A DNA stretch of 9,903 bases, from contig NW_021827791.1 in assembly GCF_006345805.1 (NCBI RefSeq), forward strand, positions 1-9,903. Reading direction: 5' to 3'. Every line of letters begins with the position of its first letter. Position 1 is the stretch's first letter. Position numbers and translations under genes: made by a program. Shown piece by piece: positions 1 through 7,871 of the stretch. The notes beneath the pieces are model-generated. The model ran no database searches and was not told the origin of the DNA. It saw only the letters and a list, made by a program, of their open reading frames with translations. The stretch is from Octopus sinensis. Taxonomy: Eukaryota.

Positions 1-8
1 TCCTTTTT

Positions 9-335
9 GTGACTTTGGGATTATCATTGCAGTTTTGGGTCTTTATTCGACATCAATTGGTTTATTTTAATGATGGAGGTTGTAGGAAATGATTGCACCG
101 GGGAACACCATGCGGCCATTCGAGTGGTGGCCTGTCACTCGCCAGTGATGTCTTCTTCCGATTATATTCTCAAAGAACGCTACAAAATTAGCTCCAAGAG
201 TTCTCCTGCGAAAATGACCGTTTAACCCCAAATTTACTTGCAGGGAGACATTTCGTGGAAGATTGGTTGCAATTCTTGACAATTCAGACACTTCCGTGAT
301 TAATCGACTCGACTTGTCTTCATGTGCTTATTCAG
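9..335 (+). other. Unidentified intron-bearing gene fragment (three candidate tiny introns: 9-32, 60-85, 220-243)
   Basis: Three GT...AG segments of 24, 26 and 24 nt match the intron size class seen elsewhere in the window. After splicing, every frame still contains stops and no family is recognisable. Confidence 0.35.
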
Positions 336-682
336 GAGATTGATGTGGACTATTCAAGAATTAAGGCTTATCCGGCTATAGATAGTCAGTGGGAGGCGAT
401 TGCTCCTCTTCGTATTTTGAGTTTCGATTGAATGTGCTGGAGAAAAGGTTACCACATTGTTTTAGTAGGTTTATTATCATTCAAAGTATATTTAAAAAAT
501 ATACTTTAAATAATATATTAAATTAATTATTTGTAGGTATTTTTCCACAGCCTTCCCAAGACCCAGTAATTCAGATAGCAAATGTTTTAAAGTCATACAA
601 CTCAGATCAGCGGTCAGAAACCAATCTAATATTCACTTTATCAGCATGTGCCCCAATTATAGGAGCGATAGTCATTTCCTTC
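336..682 (+). pseudogene. POLD1: DNA polymerase delta catalytic subunit, exonuclease-domain block (ExoI region), frameshifted
   Basis: Translates as EIDVDYSRIKAYPAIDSQWEAIAPLRILSFD(IE)CAG(R)K, then after intron 448-536 as GIFPQPSQDPVIQIANV...IFTLSACAPIIGAIVISF. This matches the Pol delta IAPLRxLSFDIECAGRKGxFPxPxxDPVIQI...CAPIxG signature. There is a -2 and a -1 deletion around DIEC (about 428-440). Confidence 0.9.
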
Positions 683-684
683 CT

Positions 685-1559
685 GGAACTCGACAATAAC
701 AAGGACGGACAACTCGCCTAGGAAGAAAACAATAAAAATTTTATATGTTAGAGAAAATTTATATGTAGGGGTAAAAAATATTGTTTTTTTAAATTATTTA
801 TAAATAAATCATTATAATACATCATAGTTATTGGTTAAAAATAATATAAAAATAAAATACTAAATAATTTTATTCTGTTTTAAAAAAAGTGTACTTAGCA
901 ATGATTCTTAAGAAATCATCCGTTTCAAATTCTTGGTAGTGATAACAAATTACTTTCAGTTCTTCTTCCTTTTTAAAGTCAGATTTAGGTATTCCAATTT
1001 TCCAATTTTCCGCATTCGCTTGACACATCCTCAATACTTTCTTCTTCTAGCACACAAAAAGTACATTCATTAGATTTGTCAGGTGAGGATGCGCGGTTGA
1101 AAAAAACTATTAAGAACCCGATGCCAAGATTCTAGTACATTTGAAGTTCTTGGAACAGATGATTTGATCCTTTCAAACCATGACCAAAATGAAACATCAT
1201 AACTTGGCGATTCACCATCAAGTCCGGGAATAAATTGTTTTTTGAAATATCCAAAAATTCATCTAGCTTTGTCCCTTTCGGTCAGTTCCTTTCTGCATAT
1301 TAAAGCAGATTTTTTCGAATTGGAAAAGAACCATCCTTCTCATCAATAAAAGCCAGAGAAAAGCAATCTCTGATATCTGGTGTGCCACTCTTTATCTTTG
1401 TATTGTACACAAAGTCCCTCGGCTTGGACTCTCCTCTCAAATCATCTGCCCAAGTGAAAGTTGCACCCCGACACCCTAGCCGAAGTAAAACTGCAGCCGA
1501 AGAGTTAATTAGCCTCTTTTCAAAGTCCAAAACAATTGTTCTGGGTCACTGTCAGTTAG
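685..1559 (-). mobile_element. Truncated Mutator-like (MULE) DNA transposon remnant: one putative terminus (about 685-722) plus degenerate transposase C-terminal half (about 865-1555)
   Basis: Minus strand, across frameshifts and stops: PRTIVLDFEKRLIN..F..ARVSGCNFHL, FSLAF, FGYFKKQFI, FWSWFERIKSSVPRTSNVLESWHRVLN..AHPHL. These are the MULE DFE, GCxFH, RTNNxxExWH and HP motifs. A GC-richer GGAACTCGACAA...GGACAACTCGCC block lies at the Pol delta breakpoint. No second terminus was found. Confidence 0.85.
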
Positions 1560-1588
1560 GTTTTGACCTCATTAAAAAAGTGCGTCAG

Positions 1589-3638
1589 CCTAATGCTGCT
1601 GATTAACCTCGTCGAAATGGCCAGAGTGGCGGGAATTCCTATTTCGTATATCTCTAAAAGAGGGCAGCAAATCAAAGTTGTGTCTCAACTGCTCAGAAAA
1701 GTGTTTTTTGGGTTATTTATTGGCAGTGTCGAGCACGTAGCACTCTCATTCCTAATTTGAAGGGAAGTGGAGACGAGGAGTTCACAGGAGCCACAGTTAT
1801 TGAGCCTGTGAAAGGGTTTTGGGGTCTTTTAGTTAATTTAAGTTATTTTAATTACCCAATTGCCACATTGGACTTTACTTCGTTGTATCCTTCGATAATG
1901 ATAGCTCATAACTTGTGCTATTCGACTCTTCTTGGGAGTTCATTTGAAGGGTTGTGGGTGTTTTATGTGTGAAGGCTCTCTGTGGTAGACTATGAGGTGT
2001 CGCCGACCGGAAATACGTTTGTTAGAAGCAATATTCAGAAAGGTCTTCTTCCTGAGATTCTTGAAGATTTGCTAAAAGCTAGAAAAAAGTGTTTTGAGGT
2101 CGAAATATATTTTAGAGCTAAACTTGAACTCAAATCAGAGACAGATCCAGTTCGGAGACAAATTCTAGATGGGAGACAACTTGCTTTAAAACTCTCGGCT
2201 AATTCTGTCTATGGGTTTACACTGGGGCACAAAACGGGCGTCTGCCTTGTTGGAAATATCTCAAGTGTGAACTTTTTTCTATTCAAAATTGCAGAGTGTG
2301 ACATCTTATGATCGAGAAATGATCGAAATGACTAAAATGAAATTGAACTTAATATAATATTCGAAATGGATATGAGTTTGATACTAAGGTTATCTACGGA
2401 GATATTGACTCGGTGATGTGTCGGTTTGGCTTTCAAGATGTCCAAAGGACCATGGAAGTGGGTTTTGAGGCAGCCAAGTATGTCTCCTCCCGATTTCCCC
2501 CTCCAATCAATTTAGAATTCGAAAAAGTATATTTATTCATATTTTTAAACCAGATTTATTATCCATATCTTCTAATAAATAAAAAACGTTACGCGGGAGT
2601 TGTATTTCCCGCGGGATCGTACAGTAAAGACAAGACTGACTATGAATCTGACCAGATTGACTGTAAGGGAATTGAGAATGTGAGAAGAGACAACTGCACG
2701 TTGGTGGCAAATCTGATTTCTGACTGTCTGAGGATAATTTTAGTGAACAGGTCATTATATATGGTCTGATTGGCAGAGATCCTGAGGAGGCTGTAAATCA
2801 CGTGAAGAAGACAATTTCTGAGTTGTTGAGTAATAAAGTGGATATTTCTCATCTTGTGATATCCAGAGAGCTCACAAGAAGAATATGCTGGCAAACAAGC
2901 TCATGTAGGAATTGGCAGCTCGGTTTGATTTTTTATTGATGGTTTAGAATGAAAAAGAGGGATCCTGGGACTGCTCCAAAAATCGGGGACCGTGTTCAGT
3001 ATGTGATCATTGCTGGGACTAAAGGGACAGCAGCATATTTAAAATCAGAGGTTCTGTTTAGTAATGATGGTTAAGGACCCTTTGTATGTACTTGAGAACA
3101 ACATTCCTATCGACACTGATTATTACTTCAACAATCAACTCAAAAAACCAATTTTACGAATTGTTGAGCCAATCTTGGGGGCAAAGACCGAGTCAATCCT
3201 TTTTGGTAAGTTCTATAATTGTGATAGTTAAGCTGGCGAACATGTCAATCAGAAGAAAATTATGACATCTAAAGTTGGAGGGTTGATGAGCTTTGTAAAG
3301 AAGTCGTTTTTATGTTTAAAGTGTCGTGTCCTAATGAAGGGTCACTTTATGGTTTATTTGGACAGAAGGTAATCGAGCTCTCTGTGACAATTGTGAGGAT
3401 GTGAGGAATCAGTATTCCGAGACTTATATCCGCCAGATGAGACAGTTAGAAGAACGGTTTTCTACATTGTGGGTTGAGTGCCAGCGATGTCAGGGGAGTT
3501 TTCATGATCAAGTTATATGTTCAAAGTTGGTTGTTGTTTGTGTGTTTTAGTCGTGATTGTCCTATTTTCTATATGCGAGTTAAGGCTAGAAAAGATTTGA
3601 AGGAAGTCTCTGATATTGTCGATCGTTTTGATTGGTAG
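1589..3638 (+). pseudogene. POLD1: DNA polymerase delta catalytic subunit, polymerase domain and CysA/CysB tail; 12 internal tiny introns; multiple frameshifts
   Basis: Motifs: [48 protein letters not shown] (motif A), [17 protein letters not shown] (motif B), YGDIDS (motif C variant), KKRYAG, KGIE.VRRDN, KQAHV, GDRVQY, EDPLYV, CLKC/CDNC, CQRCQGS...CSNRDCPIFY; stop TAG at 3636-3638. Introns: 1701-1726, 1816-1842, 1951-1974, 2089-2115, 2265-2294, 2527-2553, 2751-2776, 2923-2947, 3051-3075, 3206-3232, 3341-3365, 3526-3550, plus a probable one at 1560-1588. Indels near 2220, 2251, 2340, 2351, 2880 and 2908. Confidence 0.95.
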
Positions 3639-3832
3639 TTTTAAAATCTTTTTTGATATATTTTGTCACCGTCCAGACCGGCCGGGGCGCCAGATCGGTC
3701 AGGTCAATTATCTAAATACAAAACAAATATTTTTCCTACAAAACATTTCATTGCAAAAAAATATTGATAATAAAAAAATAAAATCTTATTAATAAAAAAG
3801 TTCTAAAAAGTTGAAAAGATTAGCATTAATCA

Positions 3833-4381
3833 ATGGTTTTAGTTGAATTAACTCGAGACACCCTCGAAAAAATTAGGGAGTATTTGGAATCAGGCCACTT
3901 TGATGATTCCTTGAGTTCGGAAGAAAGGGCACGAATACGGAGATATGCCAAAAATTTAGTTTCAAGGAGAACAACACCTACATTTCTAAAAATGGCTCAA
4001 AGTTGCGTTTTTTTTGTATCGAAGACACTGAACTTAAGTTAAAATTCATTGAAGTAGTGTATTTGTTTATTTAAATTAGGCTCAACACAATCTTAATCAC
4101 TTTGGACATGATAAATTGTACAGTTTATTGACACTCACCATTTATGGTGCCAGACGTACTGATGTGGAAAATGGAAATATGATGAAGTTGAAAGTGGCGA
4201 TGAAATTTTAATACGCCATGATGGGGATGCAAACCCGGGTTATAGAAAATACCCATTATACGACGAGATATCTGCACAAAAATATATTGTGAAAAATAGG
4301 GATCGAGAACTCGTAACGATAATTAATGAAGAGGATGAAAAAGATCAAAGGATCCATATTAGCAGAGTAAAAAAACTTTAA
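3833..4381 (+). pseudogene. Integrase/transposase remnant of the Ginger-like element (His part of the HHCC zinc finger fused to the C-terminal domain; DDE core absent)
   Basis: MVLV..IREYL..EERARIRRYAKN, -1 shift near 3955, FSFKE..KLKFIE, intron 4054-4079, AQHNLNHFGHDKLYSLL..IYGARRTDV. The frame then jumps near 4166 to ..SGDEILIRH..YIV..QRIHISRVKKL, stop at 4379-4381. No CxxC or D,D35E core lies in between. Confidence 0.7.
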
Positions 4382-4560
4382 CTGCAAATATTCATGGGGT
4401 TCGTTCTGTGTTTTTTCTCGTGTCATATTTACTTAATATATTGCGATCCTGAGGGGCAACGTCTTCTCGATCATCAGCAGCTTAAGATTATGATAATCAT
4501 TTTCGCTCAATATCTTTTTACTTAATTGTGAAATAATTGTGCCATTGTTACAAATTCGAC

Positions 4561-4620
4561 GCGGCCGAAGGCCGCATAGGGAAAAATATTCACATTGAAT
4601 CATCCGGCCGTAGGCCGGAT
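4561..4620. repeat. Two perfect GC-rich mini-hairpins with GNA triloops (4561-4575 and 4602-4620)
   Basis: GCGGCC-GAA-GGCCGC and ATCCGGCC-GTA-GGCCGGAT, read directly from otherwise AT-rich DNA. Confidence 0.9.
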
Positions 4621-5349
4621 TGTATTTTAGAGTTTTTATGATAAAAATAGAAATTTACAACATTTTTAAAAATTAAAAATGGATTTTTCTAATAAACTTT
4701 ATTGTTGAGAATTGTTTGGCTAACCTTGGTTAAAGCGTTTTTAAATAAAATGCAAAATCAATACGGTAATTATCTGGAAATGACTTGATGTTGGTTTTTT
4801 GTGAACTCAGTAACTTCAATATTTTGGCAAAAATAATATTAAAATCAACAAAAAAATGAACAGAAAAAGAAAATAGCTTCCGAAAGGTAGTTTTTATTAA
4901 AAATTTTATACATAACCGATCTGGCGCCCCGACCTATCTGGACGGTGACATATTTTTTCAATTAATTAGTTTATATGAAGAATTTTGTCAAAGTGATAGT
5001 TTTGAACTCAATCCATCGTTTTGTGTTATTTACTATAAATGGGAGGTAATTATATCATATAAATTAAACAAAACAAAAAATGTGATTGTGTTTTAATATA
5101 CATTCTGGAACAAATTCTATATGAAAAAAAATAAAGTTAGTCACTAGGGAAATTAAACAAATTAACTGTTTTGTTAGAAAAATTAAAGTTTGTTGTTTTT
5201 GTAATAACTGCCAAAAATTTACAAAATCGTAGATTTTGAATTCGAGGTTTTACTTTTTTGTGAAGAGTCTCTTGAATATTTCGATATGTTTATGAATCTG
5301 TTTGTTAATTCCGCTCTCTAATGACGCTATCAAATGTTTGCCATGTTTG

Positions 5350-5830
5350 GTGAGATGGAGAATGCAGAAAAAGAAAATTAGTTTCAATTATATTTATGTA
5401 AGCATATTGACCACCTGAAGCAGGTCGAGGTTGAGAAATGCCATAAATACGATCTATTGACAGGGAAGTTGTCCATTTTGTACGACGCTCAAGTGAAAAT
5501 AATTCCACTGATTTTGACTTGGGACGGGCTTGTTTCTAAGTTTTTTAAGAAATACATTGAAAAGTTGGCTATCGAAGACGCAACTCAGTCTTATATACAA
5601 TCAGTTGTATTGAAGAAAGCATTGGAGAGTATGATTGTTGAGCATAGGCATGGGATCAGAATCACTGATGAGGAGATAAATTCACCCATTAGTCTCCTAA
5701 TTGAAGCAAGTCATTTGTACAAAGTTAATATGTAGAATGAGGGAAAAAGAGTCGTAACTAACTTGGAGACATAGGATCAAAGAGTGGTGTTGGTTACTTC
5801 CTTCTCTAAAAGAAGGAGATTAACCTCCAG
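5350..5830 (+). mobile_element. 3' fragment of a non-LTR retrotransposon with a restriction-like endonuclease (R2/R4-type) C-terminus
   Basis: DHLKQVEVEKCHKYDLLTGKL..VKIIPLILTWDGLVSKFFKKY..YIQSVVLKK.LE resembles the EKxxKYxxL...IIPxxxTWDG...YIQSxVLKK tail of RLE LINEs. The upstream PD..D/ExK region is degenerate, no RT domain is present, and the boundaries are approximate. Confidence 0.7.
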
Positions 5831-6041
5831 CGGAAAACGGTCGGATTAACATCAATTAAATAATATTAACTTAATTAATTCAATTCTTAGAAATTTACAT
5901 GTAATAATCAAATTGATTTCTTTAAATTTTTTGATTATTTCTATTTTTAGTTTATCTAAATAATTTTGAAAATCAAAAAATTATAAGCAAAAATTATAAA
6001 AATTCAAAAAAAACGAAATTTAATTTTTTAATAACGTATTA

Positions 6042-7105
6042 TTAAAATTTTTTTAAAGATTCCAAAATTTTCAAAATTTCGTAAAATTCAGGCCTTTAAT
6101 ATTTATATATAAACTACCTTTTGGAATTTTCATATGCACAACAAAATTTTACAAGGTCAAGTAACACGGAAGGATATGCTTGTTTATATACATTTCTAAA
6201 AATATCAACGTTGACTAAAAAATTTTCATTTCTTGGAAGAACGTCAGGGTCGCTGCCAACTCTATTAATTAGCTAAAAAATTTCAACATGGTTTATTGAT
6301 ACCTCACATAGAATAATCCCAAATGAATAAACATCAGCTTTATAATTGTATTCCATCCCATTTAGTATTTCTGGAGCCATATAGAATACACTTCCCACGA
6401 CTGAATTTCGACCTTGTGAAGATTCGTAAATATTTTCATAAAACGTTTTGGACAGTCCAAAATCAGCAACAACCACAACTCCGTTCTTTACATATTTTAA
6501 TGTACTAATTGTACTTTTTTAATCAGACAATTATCCGATTTCAGATCTCTGTGCATAATATTTTGATTGTTCAAATACTTCTAACGAATAGATTACATAT
6601 TAGTACAAACCATTCCACATGCGATATCGACTGATATATCGATCTTACGTTTTAACGTAATGTTTATAGTTGAATTTAGTAACAATTGTTCCAATGATCC
6701 TCCACTGGCATATTCTGTAGAATAAAAACAAATGAAAACCAATCACCATCGAAATATGTTCCAGATTTTTATTTCTGCCAAAAAACAGCAAAATATTTGG
6801 ATGTCGTAATTTATTCCAAATTGAGACCTTTTGAGTTATTTAAAATATTTAACCTCTTTAATGGATGAAGAAGTCAAATCGTCTTTCAGCCATTTTACTT
6901 CTTTGATTGCGACTATTTCATTTGTTTTGAGAATCTTTCCCTATAAAAATAAGATTACGATTAATAAAAACCAAATATACTTTTCCATATTTTCCTTCAC
7001 CGATAAGCTTGTCATAAAAAATTTCGTTTTTTGCAAAGTAAAAAATATTTTGAGATACTTGTTCTGTGTAGCTTTTTATCTACGATCAGATCGTTCGTAC
7101 TCCAT
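6042..7105 (-). CDS. LIMK/TESK-like (TKL group) protein kinase, single-domain, apparently intact (about 282 aa; alternative start at 7150 gives about 286 aa)
   Basis: Spliced frame is open: IGEGKYGKVY, VAIK, HPNIL, EYASGGSL, HRDLKSDNCLIK, VVADFGLS, VVGSVFYMAPE, KADVYSFGIILCE, RVGSDPDVLPR, CC..KRP; stop TAA at 6044-6042. Introns: 6941-6971, 6828-6853, 6715-6739, 6581-6610, 6486-6514, 6273-6302, 6094-6117. The first exon(s) are ambiguous. Confidence 0.9.
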
Positions 7106-7236
7106 GTTTTTCTAAATTTAAATAAATTATTTTTACTTTTTATTCCACATTTCTTATTATTGTGAAATGATATGTTTAAATGACACAAATGCGGTATTTT
7201 ATTTATTTATCAATCCGCATCTATACCATTTCCCAT

Positions 7237-7425
7237 ACTAAATGGGATTTGCACCAAACTAAGTGGGATTAGCAGAAAACTAAATGGGATTAACGTCAAA
7301 CTAAATGGGATTAACATCAAACTAAGTGGGATTAACGTCAAACTAAGTGAGATTAATACCAAACTAAATGGGATTAATACCAAACAATATGGGATTAATA
7401 GCAAATTAAATGGGATTAACACTAA
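7237..7425 (+). repeat. Left TIR array: 9 x 21-bp units, consensus ACTAAATGGGATTAAYRYCAA
   Basis: Contiguous units start at 7237, 7258, 7279, 7300, 7321, 7342, 7363, 7384 and 7405, with no spacers. Confidence 0.95.
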
Positions 7426-7766
7426 AAAATTCTTTTTTTTAAATTTTATGTTAATGTCGGCAATATTTCGGCAAATTTGTTTGAGGCAAGTACGGATTAA
7501 ACATGGTGGTCCAGTTACTATGGTGTTGGACAATGCACCAGCTCACAACGGTATCGAAGAAGTTTGCTTCTAAAAAAACATCGCTTCTAAAAAAACCAAA
7601 TTTTATTCCAACAAGGAGAAGGCTTATCAATTAAAGAGTATCGAACACGGATACTTGAACAAATAATTGTGGATGGAATGAAAACCATTACGTCTAAAGA
7701 TTGTGTAATCTTTATTTCTGGAATACAGGGAAATATAAATATGGTTAACATAAAAAAATGAATTTT

Positions 7767-7871
7767 TTGGTATTAATCCCATTTAGTTTGGTGTTGATCC
7801 CATTTAGTTTGACGTTAATCCCATTTAGTTTTCTGCTAGTCCCACTTAGTTTGGTGTTAATCCCATTTAGT
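7767..7871 (-). repeat. Right TIR array: 5 x 21-bp units, inverted relative to 7237-7425
   Basis: The reverse complement reproduces the left units in order, including the diagnostic unit 2 (AGTGGGAyTAGCAGAAA) and unit 3 (AACGTCAA). Confidence 0.95.

Larger units (their letters stand above)
3664..4950 (+). mobile_element. Ginger-like (Gypsy-integrase-type) TIR DNA transposon, internally deleted and non-autonomous
   Basis: 36-bp TIRs at 3664-3699 and 4915-4950 with 3 mismatches, TGT...ACA ends, and a flanking TATTT direct repeat (3659-3663 and 4951-4955). An alternative reading is GTC ends with a 7-bp ATATTTT duplication. The interior carries integrase-like N- and C-terminal remnants. Confidence 0.8.

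Noticed and set aside
67-291. Minus-strand 74-aa ORF
   Set aside because: No recognisable family, and the intron-like signals in this region are on the plus strand.
1382-1606. Plus-strand 74-aa ORF
   Set aside because: It is antisense to the MULE transposase remnant and has no motif.
2537-2894. Minus-strand ORFs 2537-2755 and 2640-2894
   Set aside because: They are antisense shadows of Pol delta exons with no recognisable motifs.
1589-3638. Viral, Polinton or giant-virus PolB, or a functional proofreading-less Pol delta variant
   Set aside because: It has cellular Pol delta motifs, CysA/CysB and spliceosomal introns. Frameshifts and YGDIDS in the polymerase domain argue against function unless reads correct them.
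5305-5508. Minus-strand 67-aa ORF
   Set aside because: It is antisense to the LINE fragment.
336-7105. Ciliate origin suggested by the tiny introns
   Set aside because: TAA and TAG act as stops at gene ends and are absent from conserved exons, so the standard code applies. The LIMK/TESK-type kinase favours an animal.
6323-7115. Plus-strand ORFs 6323-6508 and 6831-7115
   Set aside because: They are antisense shadows of the kinase gene.
7237-7425. CRISPR-like repeat array
   Set aside because: Units are contiguous with no unique spacers, are mirrored at 7767-7871 as TIRs, and the context is eukaryotic.
7210-7533. 107-aa hydrophobic ORF (LIPFSL repeats) on the minus strand
   Set aside because: It is a by-product of reading the 21-bp (7-codon) tandem array.
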